Source: Gnetum montanum (taxonomy: Eukaryota > Plantae > Gnetophyta). From it: a DNA stretch of 64,000 nt. The position numbers were made by a program, and so were the translations under genes. Under the pieces are notes generated by a model. The model ran no database searches. It was given only the letters and a program-made list of their open reading frames with translations, and was not told where the DNA came from. The stretch is taken from NCBI GenBank assembly GCA_015680685.1, contig MNCI01000527.1:429588-493587 (forward strand), given 5' to 3'. This document shows positions 38,840 through 51,000 of this stretch, in pieces; positions within the stretch are counted from its first letter, which is position 1; each line of letters starts with the position of its first letter.

Positions 38840-39063
38840 GGGAAAATAACAGCAACTTGGTTGGACCATGCACTTGTAATCTACAAGTCACAGGTTTGAT
38901 TCCAAGGGGTATACTGAGACACATGCGTCCAGGGAAATGGTAAAAATATACATCCAAAGATTATGGTTTCACGTAGACAGCCAGCTGTAGGAAATCATCC
39001 TTGCCTACCATAACAGTCAGCCCATCATGATGGGATAAAGGTACCAAGATAATGATGATGATG
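38840..39063 (+). mobile_element. tRNA-derived SINE with an RTE-like tail in EXO84 intron 2
   Basis: A-box-like agcaacttggtt and B-box ggtttgattcc (38893-38903). 3' end tgggataaagg...gataatgatgatgatg resembles the RTE termini elsewhere in the window. Confidence 0.62.
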
Positions 39064-39527
39064 CATCCTAGACAGTAGGTTTTCTTATCTCGTGTTTGTC
39101 TCATGTTTGTGAACAATTAGGATTAAACAATGCAGATAAAAGTTCATGTGTGTGTGTATCTATATATATAAATGAAAACCAAAATATTATGATTTTATTT
39201 TTTTAATTGATAAAACATATGAAAACAGTTGTAAACATAAAACAACAATTACATAAAATATTGTTCTTAAATCATATGGGACATTTTTTCCTGCAAGTCA
39301 AAATATATGAATTTTTAAAACAGTGTTCAAAATATTGGAAGATAACAAAAGTAAAGCCGCCATTGCAAAAACATAGAAATGATTGAAAATACAAGAACCT
39401 GAGTTATTTTATAGAACACTGTACAATATGCTGCTATATATCAAAGAAACAGAACAAGTTAAGGGGAAAAAAACCAGCTCATTTGCTAGCCATATTGCAT
39501 AATGAGTTCAGAAAAGATAAAAATTAC

Positions 39528-39625
39528 CGAATAAATGCAGAATAATTTGCATAAACACTTTTACGCATCTCTTCAGCAGATGCCTTCTTGAGTTCTATCA
39601 GCGCTGAACATAAGTTCTTGAGTTC
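39528..39625 (-). CDS. EXO84: EXO84 exon 2
   Basis: Read by hand (absent from ORF track): ELKNLCSALIELKKASAEEMRKSVYANYSAFI(R). tttgtag acceptor, gtaatt donor, 98 nt, phase 2. Confidence 0.95.
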
Positions 39626-41735
39626 CTACAAACAACTCAACACAATAAATGTGTCTTTCAACTATATTGCTGGTAAAGAAAAAAAATTAAGAAAAAAATT
39701 TCGTATTGACCCAACTACTAGTTCAACTGTTTAGTGTATTTGTATAACTTGTGAGGGGTTGAAGGATCAATTTCCAACAATCTAAATTTATTGAACATAC
39801 CATATTCCTTTTGCGGCCAACTTCTCTCAAATAACATAAATTAAAATATAATGATCTCAAGTAAGAAGAGTCACTACAAGTTGTATACATAAATAACTGA
39901 GTTTCATGAATATTATGTTGAATATCCTTTTAAGAAGAAGAAAAATTAAAAGATGGTTATTAACTCATTATACACTAAAAAGAACATGAGTAACATATTG
40001 AAAATATTGGATAACCCAGCAATCCCCTGTAAGATATTATCAGGAGTTACTAAAATTATTTTTAAAATAGCAAAAATGACAGCTTAATCAGAAGTCTATG
40101 AAGCCTTAATTTAGAAGTTATGTTAGATAAACATATACTTAAAAACACACTAAGGATATTGAAAAATAAAATCCTGTAAACAAAACCAAAGATGTTATCA
40201 GCATCATTTGATAAGATAATGATTTTTTTGGAACAAGATATTATATTAATAAATTAAGAATTTAAGTACAATAAGTCAATAAGATTATTCTTGGCTTCTT
40301 AAGAATCAACCAAGATAAGAGGATTAAATTTAATAAAAATAAAATAAGCATATCAAGGTCCCAATCTAATCCTAACCTTGGAATATGCAAGTCATCAAAT
40401 TTGAACACTATAGTATACATGATCATCAAATGGTGTATAACTGTATAACTGCAATATCAATTAGAAAATTTTATTTGCATACTTGCAGCAAGTCTTTGCA
40501 TACTTTACTCAATCACCACATCTTTATACACTTACTGCCGGATGAGTTCTTGAAAGTTGAACCATGAAGTAAACACTGAAATAATCATATTTATTACCCT
40601 CATAAAGCTTAGGTTAGGTTATATATCTACAACTAAATGCAGGTATGTCTATTTCGATTTCAGAAAAATGACAAAACTAAATATAAATATCAAATATATA
40701 AAGTACTGCAAATTTGAGGATTACAGGTTACCATAGCATGACCACGGACAGAAACATGGTAAATGTGGGGCAAAAATAAGCAACATTTATACAGCATAAC
40801 ACTTCCTATTTATTTTTAAAGCTTTTTAACTGCATAGGCATACACCTATGTATTAAGACATTGTCAACTTGGGAGCTAACGTAATACCAATGCCTATTAC
40901 TTTTCTTGAGGATGCAAACCATTCTTAAGATCTCAGGTAGTTATGAGATCTGATATTGTTAAGGAATATGGCTTCATATGTTGGTCTCAACATCGTGTTC
41001 TTGGTACAGTTATTCCTGGTTATTTGTTACTAGTTCAGCGCTTGCACATTTGAAGTGCCGAAGTTTCCAAACTTAACTAAATCAAACATCAGTGATGTCT
41101 GCATTTCTGAAAAGCATAGAAATGCCATCACAGTTCTATGAGTGTAATGCCTGGATTGCTTTGGGTAGGATTAAAGAATCTCATACTGTCTTCTATAACA
41201 GCATGGTCTGCAATACACCGATTTTGCATTGCATGGTCAGATAACAGCACGAAATTCTTTAATCCTGCCTTGCTTTGCTATGCAAGTTAAAAGCATTATA
41301 ATAAGAAAAGATGAAAGCCAGACTCCCAACATAACAGTTTAAACAGGGCGAATGCCCTGAGTAATAATCTTATCTACATGCGACTGGTTTTATACCAAAA
41401 TACGTTTTGAAGCATGAAAATCCTTTGCAACTTCGAAGCTACACTACTAAGAAAATTATTTTCTCTGGTTTAGGAAGAAATAAGACAATAATTTACCATT
41501 ACCATTAAAAAATAATTTGGCATGTTAAAGTAACCATTCCTACGTATGCATCTCCAAGATAGGTCAATGTCATGTTAGTCTTTATTGTCAAATGGCACAA
41601 AGCATTATTATTAATCAAAACCAGTAAACGCTGACGGTTGTTGAACTACGATCTCTCCAATAGAAGATACCAAAACAATACGGAAAAATAAAGAGTACAA
41701 AGAAGAATTTCGAATAAGTAGTTAAAGGGAAACAC

Positions 41736-41933
41736 CTTCTCTTGCATGGACGGGCACTTGTGCTGGACATAAGCGTCAGGATCGAAATTGTCGGACTTAA
41801 AGACCTTCAGTTTGTTGGAAAGCATAGAGCCTTCATCAGGGACATTGCTGCCATTAGCGTTGGCGCGGGCACCCGCAGGTGCTGCGCCCGCCGCCGCTGC
41901 CCTCGACCTCATGGATGGCTTCAACGATCCCAT
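41736..41933 (-). CDS. EXO84: Exocyst subunit EXO84 (EXO84B-like), exon 1 of 7 (start codon)
   Basis: Translates MGSLKPSMRSR...KLKVFKSDNFDPDAYVQHKCPSMQEK (66 codons), matching the plant EXO84 N-terminus. GT donor at 41735-41734. Confidence 0.92.
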
Positions 41934-43199
41934 GCCCTTAAATCTATCTGTTTTGCTTTTTACTCTGTTCCTGCAACGCCTGAAATTTAATTCCAATTCC
42001 AACCCCAAATCCAATTCGAATATATGATTCTGCAATAATCTCCTGGTTTTCGCTTTGCAATTTTATCCACGGGAAGAAGAGCAAACCAAACCTTAAATTT
42101 ATCAAAGCATTTTGCTCTTACTGGAACTGTGTCTCATGCCGAGGCCCTCCTATTGGGGGGATGCCAAAACTCAATTGAAAGATCGGGGAGAGATGATGTT
42201 ACAGCGATGACGATCTGGATTTTGATTTCTTCAAAAGATCTTTCCTCATGCCATGGCCAATTGATGGAAATCGAAATGGAAATGGAATCGAATGCAAAGA
42301 CTTGCTGGCCTACCAGCCTTACATCAAGGCAAAATCGTAGATTAAAATGAATGAAACAAACTTAAACATGTTTCGTGGTAGAATCAATCTGCAAGGTTCA
42401 CTCATGCCTTTCCTTCCTTCCAGTGATGTGGTATTCAATCTCCAGCAAGGGAGCTGGCACTCCATTTAATCATGCTTACTTTTTTAATCTGTTTGAATGA
42501 TTTTGTTTCTGTCCTTTCCTTAACCTTTTTTCTTCCATGTCATAATTAGCGTGTTTGGTGCATTTTGTTTTCTTGCAGGACCCGAGTGTCCTACGCGGTG
42601 GCCAGTGAGGTGATGTTTGGTTTTCTCGTGGTTGCTTTAAAGCTGGTGTTCCTTTTATGCACGGGTCTGTAGTTGAAGTTTGGTGTTAGAACCTTGAAAT
42701 CCAAAACTATTTGATTATATGAACCATTTGATGATATTTTGGTGGACCATAGGTAAATGGTAAAATATTAAGATATAATAAGTTAAAACTTGCAACATCT
42801 TGTTTGCAAATGCGTGTACACCAACATAACTAATTAAGTTTGTGTCATTGGTTTAAGTTTGGCCAATAAAAGGTGGTTTAAGTGGTTAATTGATGGTCTT
42901 CTTAAGTAAGTGGTTGCTAGTTCAAGTTATGCCTAAAGTATCTTTATATTGAATTATGATTCTTTTAATGTATTGTATTAGTGATGAGCAACGGATATCC
43001 CTTACGCCCAAGCATTCGAGTGAACAAAAGTGAAATCGAGTTTCTTACAAAACTGGAAAGTATAGAATTTATTAACAGAAAGATAGACTAACTCTAACTA
43101 ATTCTAAGTGTCATATTGTACATTATTACAAAAATGAATGTCTATTACAGCAAAATTGGACACTTTACAAAATCTCAACAGGTGCTTGAAAACTAGCCA

Positions 43200-46052
43200 A
43201 AGATGTGATAAACTTTAAAGTTGTGCTTGGAGGTGGAGGCTTCAATAGTCCTACATCTTGTTCTAGTGTTGCTGGAGGTTAAGGTCGACCTATTGCTGCC
43301 GAAAGTTTGAAAGCATCTAGTAATACTTTCATATTTTCCTCTTTTCTCTGTGGATCATAAACAATCCATGTGGCTTCTTTGATGTGGATTGGTATAGGAA
43401 CATCCCACTGACATGGCATTGAAGGAAATAATTCCTTCTTGTTAACAAACCTAGCTATGAAGGTTTTATGTTCAATATCAAATGTCTTAACAAGGTTCTA
43501 TAGTTCCTTGTAGTCATTCATCCTTCTTATCAAATTCTTAGCAACAAATCATTAATCACTGAATCTACTCTTAAGGACTTCAAGCTCCATGTTGGTTGTC
43601 TCCAAATTTTGTTTTGTCTCCTTATGGAGCTTCAATTCTACCTTGCAAAGGGGGTAGAAACTGGCAACCTACTTCTTTAATTTGAACCTTGGCCTCTCTA
43701 CTATCAACATCGTGAAGTTTGCATAATGGAGGTTGGCAAGCTCCATATATTCAGTCATATCCTCAACTTGTAACTCTTTTAGGTAAATCTTCATCTTATT
43801 GTATGTGTTTAGTCCATCAAAGACGGGCTATCATACGTCTTATCATTGTTAAAGTTACTAGAGGGTCTCATTCATCTTTGCCATCTCCAGTTTGATCTAC
43901 TTATCATTGACCTCCTTGAGTAGCCCAACTTAGTCATTGTAGTATTTATTTCACATGCTCAAAGTTTAGGACCTCAACCTTCCAAGTGGCTATCTCAATT
44001 ATGGTCTTCTAGTAAAGAGTGCAAATTTCCTCTATTGAGAGATTGCAATTTTTAGCTACCAACTTCCTCATATCCAAGTTCACCTTGGCAAGTTGCTCTT
44101 GTTGCTAGCATATTAACTCAAGCAATTGATCTTTTTGTTGCTTAGCATTGCACAGGTGGTGATTATCCTTCATGGAGACCAAGTTTTTCTTTTGGAACTA
44201 TGATAGGTCCTTGTCAATGTTGAAATTCATAGCTTCTAACAATGATGCGTCGAAGATAACTACCTCTTTTGCATTATTAGCCTATTGGAGTTTTAGTTGA
44301 AGCTATTGAAAAGCTTCATCTTTAGTAAGCTCAAGTCTACGAATGGCAAGGTCAAAGAGATGAGCTTACAACTCAACAACTTCAACAGCCAATAGTTGAT
44401 TGGTTGTTGCAGCCTCCTCAAGTTATGCATTGGCGATTAGTAACTTGTCCCTTATCTTGAGTAGCTACCACTAGTTTGTTGTGATATCATTGAAAAGAAA
44501 GATCAAAGATCTCCAAAAGTAGTTGCTCAGCTCTAATCAATTCTATTAACACCTCCTTGTATTGGGTAGTGCTCATCTGATCACTCCCTACACCTACGGA
44601 CACATGGATGTCTACCATGGCAGCAATATCAAGTATCATTGTCACAAGAGCATTCAAGGCTTCAACTACCCTATTAGACACGACTTTTGCTAATGTCTCT
44701 CTATTACATCCTCCTAGCCTTTGTGTTGCATCACTAGGATGGTCACCCCCTCACCTTCTTTCAACATGACTGAAAATGCTATGGCATTTTCTAAAATTTT
44801 AGGAAACCTTTATTTAGGAATGGACATAGTGACCTCTCAAGCATTTGAATTGGTTCTTGTGGATGTCTAGTTTCTTTGAGCAAAGAACAATGGGATAGTC
44901 TCACTATCTAACTAGCTAATGGTTCTTGTGAAGACAAAGGACTCCCCACCATCTGTAGAGCCTCCTTGTTGCTACAACTATTGCTCTTGAAGTTTCCTAA
45001 GTTATTCAATAGCTGCAAGTGAATCTAGTGTAGTCTCTAAAGCTACAAGTGGTGGCAGTGGTGGCAGTGGTGGCAGTGGTGGCTACTCCTGTTCTTGCAA
45101 CTTGGTTGTTGCCTTGTCCTTCATAATTTCCTGCCAAGATGTGATAGGGACATGGTGAATCACATCATTTAAATGGAAACCTATTTCTCCACTTTTGCAT
45201 AATTTCCAGATAAGACACAAAAAAGGGAGGGTCTTCCTTCCATTCTCACAATCCTTAAAGCATTTTTTGATCTCCAAAAAAAGAGTTGAAAAAAATTGAC
45301 TGGGAACTTTCCACTTAGAACAACACATGCTCAGGAAGAGAAACTAGTGAATTTACTAGGCCTCACCATTGGGCTAGGGTGATAAGCTATAATTTTAAAG
45401 TATGCTCTCTTTGCCTTTGTAAGAGCACCGTACTCCTTGTGATCTACCCCATAATATCGTTGAATCCACTCTTTTTTAGCTTATAGATTCACTTGTATGG
45501 AAATCTCAGCAAATGTGTCCCTAATGTTTAGTAAACTAAGGGTCTCTACAATGACCTCAATTGAGTAAGAGATGGTGATGTCCTTGATTTTTATTGACAC
45601 ATCTCCTTGTTAATTATTCCAGAATAGGTAAGTCTCCCCTATGTACCATTCTCCATTGTTAGAGAAAATGGGCCACATGGGAGACCCCTATAGTTGCATG
45701 CGAACCTCCTCTGGTACTAGTTCCAAGAAGGGTCCAAAGTTCAACTCCTAGAGAATAGAATTTTAGACCTTCCTGGTCATGATTTTTTCTAGGCATGACT
45801 CCATGAGGGTGACCTCTAGGCTAGGCCTTAACCTAGGAACCTCATCTTGCATGGACTAGCCAATTTTTGTGATGGAAATTTGTCAAATAGATTCCACCTC
45901 AGGATTTTCTTGAAGGGGTCTAGTGGCATGAGTTGTCTTAACTACTTATTCTTGGGTTGCTGCGACTGCAACTACTGGTTCCTTCCTCCTCTTGGTCACT
46001 TCTCCCTAAGCTGCAAAGGCCCTCCTATGTATGGTCCTAGTTTTGGTATCAT
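43200..46052 (-). pseudogene. Accessory ORF, decayed, in copy B
   Basis: LFLEIKKCFKDCENGRKTLPFLCLIWKLCK aligns with the copy C ORF. Colinear along its length. Confidence 0.72.
45048..45083. repeat. 9-bp tandem repeat (GGTGGCAGT) x about 4, encoding the PPLPPL patch of the accessory ORF
   Basis: gtggtggcagtggtggcagtggtggcagtggtggc is directly visible. Confidence 0.85.
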
Positions 46053-47135
46053 TTGTGATCATAAACATAACCCTTGACTAGCTTTTTACTTTATAACCCT
46101 TAGTTATTTCGATATCTTTCTTCTTTGATTGAGTTATTCTTAGTTATGGGATGTTGAAAGTTTGATCATTGAATGCTTGTTTGTGATTTTGGCTAGGTAT
46201 ATTATTTTATTAATTAGCCATTGGAGTTTATTTGTTAGGTTTAATGCTTCATGATAAGTAATTTAATATTATTCTAATGGATTAACCTTAGGGAGATAGA
46301 AAAATTTTGAAAAATTTTCTACCAGAAATCAAAGGTTTGTATTCCCCATGACATAAAAACTACATTTGATAGCATGGAGATAAAAAAATGGAGGAAAATG
46401 GAGTAGCAATTTGAAAGTTATGGTGCTAGGAAGTCTCTTGGGCTCTAAAAAATGGCAAAAATTCCTCTTGCTATTTGGAAAAATGATGCAAGATGAGTTA
46501 AGTGTCGCATGTATTTATAGTATTTTTGTGCTACGTCAATAGGGTTATGTCAACTCATCCAGCTACATCAACAGCGATGCATCAATGTAGCTATTCTTAG
46601 CAATTTTGCACTTAGTAAAATGGAGGAATTTCAAATGAATTTTGGGATGAAACAAGAGTCCAATGAAAGCTAAAAAGATGTGGAATGATGGAAACAACAT
46701 TAAAGAGGGTGGTGTTGGCCTAGGAAAAGAGATGTAAGTAGATTCAGATGAATTTGAAATGACAAAATAGAGTCAAATTGGGTGTTTGAATGCCAAGTGA
46801 TGGGATTGATCATACAAATGGGTGATGGATAGGAATTTTAACTTAGGGAGACTAAAGGGACTGCAAGTGGATCCTCCTCAAAGTAGACTTATGCCCTTGG
46901 TGCCCTTGCATGCCCTCATCACTAGGAGTTTGTAGGCACCAAGGATGATTAATGGCTAGTTTAAGTTAAAATCCATATCCAAGAATGAACTATCTTAGAA
47001 TCATATGATCATTATAACAAATACAACAATTAACCATGATATGAGGTAGTGGGGTGGTATGTGATTAGTTGAGAATGATGGTAGAAAGAGAAGCATGGAT
47101 AGGTGATTTGCGTCTAGGTCAGATGAACTCCTTAT

Positions 47136-48036
47136 TGATGAGTTGCAATTGGATGTGTCAACAAGGCCTCGTTGACTTGACCCCATCGACTAGGCCCCAT
47201 CGACACATCATTTCATGCATCAACTAGGCCTCATTAATGTAGGGTCTGCTTTTGCCTATAAATATGAGCTCATTGGCTGCATTTATGGCATGTCTTGTCA
47301 TAGTGGTGGTGGATCTCTTACAGTTTTTCCATTTAAGAGTTAGAATATTTTCTCGAGTGCTTGTAGTAAGAGTCATTGAGTGTATAGATCTTTATTCAAG
47401 CATTGTTGTACCTAAGCATGGCAGCAATAAAGACAAGCTTTCAGATAAACCTTACAGCATTTTGGGATAGATTAAATATTTCATTCATGCATTTGATGTT
47501 TTCAATTAGTTATTTAATATTTTCTAGTAATTAAGCTAATTAAGATAATTAAGCAATATAAGCTAGATAGATTAAATACATAAGTATGATTACTTCAATT
47601 GTAACATGTATTCGCTTGGTAATCACAATAGCGTTAGTGCTTGGTGTGCTTAGTAGCGTAGTGCTTGGAAACCCAACAGTGGATATGTGGGTTTAGGACG
47701 TGTGTGGAAAGTGGGAACGGATGCTTATGTTAGGATTAGTTAAAGATTAGTTAATTAGATAATTTAGATTAGTCATTAAAGTACTCTATCTCTCTCTTCA
47801 AGCATCCAAAAACATAAAACATAAAATGATAAAAAATGATATGCCTTGATTACTCTTAAGCATACCATTATGCTTCACAAGTGTAATTGGGAAGACAAAA
47901 AATGACCTTAGGGCAAGGTTAACTTCTTAGAAGACTAGTGTACTAAAAATTGTAAAGTCTACAGAATTCGACCGAATTGTGCATGAACAATTTGTGATTC
48001 ATATAGTTGGGTGTAGGGGTACCTCCTCGCTCATTA
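47136..48036 (+). repeat. 5' LTR of copy C
   Basis: TGATGAG...CTCATTA, with TATA cctataaat at about 47255. Confidence 0.9.
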
Positions 48037-48037
48037 C

Positions 48038-48053
48038 TGGCACCGTTGCCGGG
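48038..48053 (+). promoter_or_regulatory. Primer-binding site complementary to tRNA-Asp
   Basis: TGGCACCGTTGCCGGG lies 1 nt after the LTR. The Athila consensus is TGGCGCCGTTGCCGGG. Confidence 0.85.
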
Positions 48054-51000
48054 CACTTTGTTTGTTGAAACATGCACTATCTAGGATTAGTGAATATTAT
48101 TTATATCATTGGACGAACTCAAGGTCAACATCACTTTTACACAACATATAATTACTAAGCACACTAATAAATCTTATTTGTTTTGCAAAATGTCTTCTTC
48201 TTCTCATAGATGTGAAGATGTCAAACCACTGGTCCCACAGGAGTGCAATGTGGTATATACTTATCCAGATGAGTATGTACCGAACTTCACCTTCATCTTG
48301 CATTAGGATGAACAGTTGCAATGGCATGATATGAAGGGCAGCATTGTCTTGCCCCTCAATCCATCTATACTAGAAATGCTATTTCAAACTCTTAAGAAGT
48401 TACACATTCCAAATCTTCATGAAGAATACATTGTGAATGGTTACGACACTCAAGAGTACTATCCCACTAAAACACCATGTAAGCAAGATCAACATCAAGA
48501 GAAGCACCATGAGGCTACGAAGGGAAAACATTTCACTAATCCCTTGTTCTTACTAGATCAAGATGATAATGAGGATCCTCCCTTTGAAGGTTTTCAACAT
48601 GAAGATTCTCCACCCCCTATTACTGGTAATGTGGGTATGGCCCTGAACCTATGATCCACTATTCATAAACTAGGTTCGGGAAAAAGTAATAGTCAAGGTA
48701 AGGACTTGGGTAAATATCACAATAGCAAAGGATATAAGGATGGTGGTTGTAATGAGTGAAAAATTGGTGGCAAACACCATGGTGGTGGTGGTGGTCCACC
48801 TTCCTCTCCATCCTCTTCATTCGATTCCGAACATTCCTCTTCATCTTCTAGTTCTCATAAAAGTTGCTATCGAAATAATCATGATGAAGGTGATCAACAA
48901 GACAACAATGACCATCAAAGCCATTAAGAATGTAGAGGTGATAGAAACCATCATTAATGACACAATCATGATGATGAACCTCTATTGGTGACTCAAAGCA
49001 TGCTTAACATTGCAAAGGCAATTAGAATTCCAACTAGGCATATGAAAGATAATCAGATCAAGTGCCTAGACATGAATAATATCCCATGATTTGAGGGCGA
49101 ATATAATTTAGATCCATATAGAACATTGAAAATGACTGGTAGAAACTTGAGCTTTTTTCCAAGACACTCATTAAGGAAGTTGAGAATTGGTATTGATTCT
49201 TGGAACTGGAATCCATTCATTGATGGAGTACCATGTTAGAGCTATTTAATGACAAATACCATACATACTCTAGAGTGTCTAATCTAAGAAGGCAAATCCA
49301 AGGCTACAAACAAGGAACACATGAACCCTTGGATGCCACCATGCATAGATATTATTCACTCTTACACCAATGCCCAAGCCATGGTTATTCTTAGAGAGAA
49401 CAACTTCACCACATCATAGATGGGCTCAGAGTAGAAACTAGAAGAACTCTTGGGGTGTAAGCCCAAGGAAGATTGTCTAAATTGAGAGCTCATTAGATCC
49501 AAAGGCTAATAGAACAAGTAGCAAAAGAAGAAGGTGAGTTGCAAAAAAGGGAAAGTGTAGAAGAGTATAATAGGGACCCTCTCATTAGGAAACGGCAGGT
49601 TCAATTTTGTGATGAGGAGGAGTCACCACTCAATGAAGTTGTGAACAAGAAATCATTGCCCATTCAAAAATCTATTTATGATATTTTGGCAAAGGTTGAT
49701 AAATTATGGGACTCTTTGGATGAAAAATTCCAAACTACTATGAAGATTGCTAAAGAATCCAAAGAGTAAAATAGTGATTGTAACCACAAGAGATGAAAAG
49801 AAGTTGAACGTGCTTACCAAAGAGGTAAGGGCAAAGCTACTACCATAGAGAAAGTTGTGGAAACCAACTTCGATGATGAAACTAGTTGTGACATTTGTCA
49901 ATACGAACATCCAAAGGGATGTTGCCTTGTCGTGTTACACTTACAAGAGTTTTGGGTGTATGCATTGAATCCTCAACTAGCACATAAGCAAGCACCCATG
50001 CGATTGCCTTATCCTCAAGGCAATCCAAGGCAGTTCCACTAGCAACAAGTTTACTACCCAAGTGGAGATCGACCATAACCATATGAGCAATACCAATAAT
50101 GGCATCAAACACAATTGTGGATAATGCCACCACCAATGCAGCAATATCCTTATAGGCAACCAAATCCATACAGGTACTATGTTCAACAACTCATCTCTCA
50201 AAGAAGTTCTATAAGTCATGCCTCATTTCAACATTACTATTACCCTCTAAAGTCATCATCTACTTGAGGAGAAAACCCATATCTATACCACCCTCAATGT
50301 CCATCTGCACACATCCCTCCTCCCTCAAACCAGTTACCTCTTGCTCCATCCATGCAAGGTGAGATTCCTCCATAGCCACAACAATGAATTACTACAAGGG
50401 CTATACATTCACAACTAGCTTTCCAACAAAGTGGTTCAAACAATTGATCTAGAAAAAGATCCTTCTTCCAATCCAACAGTCCTCTCCAACCCTCACAACC
50501 TAGTACGGCTAATCGCCCTACATCTCCAGTACCCTCATCCTCTACATCAACTACCTTTGAGAGCCCTTCAAACCAAACACTACCTAGGATCTACACTACA
50601 ATACTAACTCATGGAATTTCTAATTGGATCAAGGTTGGCAATCTTTCCATAAAAAGATCTAACCCAAGAAGTCCTCTCATTTACTTTCAGATCACTGGAC
50701 ATGAGCCATGCAAGGCTCTTCTTAATTCTGGTTTCGGTGTTAATTTCATCTTCCATGACATGTATAAGGTTTGGAACTTACGACATCTTAAGAAGAGAAA
50801 CATTCATCTAGAATTGGTAGATCAATCAATCATTATTCCTTTGGGATTAGTGGAGGACATTGTGACCACAGTAAGTGGTTGGTCCTATCTTATTAATTTT
50901 TTGGTGATCAGGGTTGACAACTACAAAGGTGACTTTCCCATCATTATGGGAAGGGCTTGGTTAAGCACAATCGATGCATGTATGAGCATAAGGAACCTCT

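Noticed and set aside
38850-38910. Functional tRNA gene
   Set aside because: The acceptor and anticodon stems do not pair properly, and the sequence continues into a SINE body and tail.
41934-42035. N-terminal extension of EXO84 from the ORF track (MQNHIFELDLG...)
   Set aside because: It starts at a TTG, lacks EXO84 similarity and contains acceptor-like sites (41980-41981). More likely 5' UTR or UTR intron.
42870-42940. Possible third SINE head (tggtttaagtgg...agttcaagtt)
   Set aside because: Too short and eroded, with no tail or TSD.
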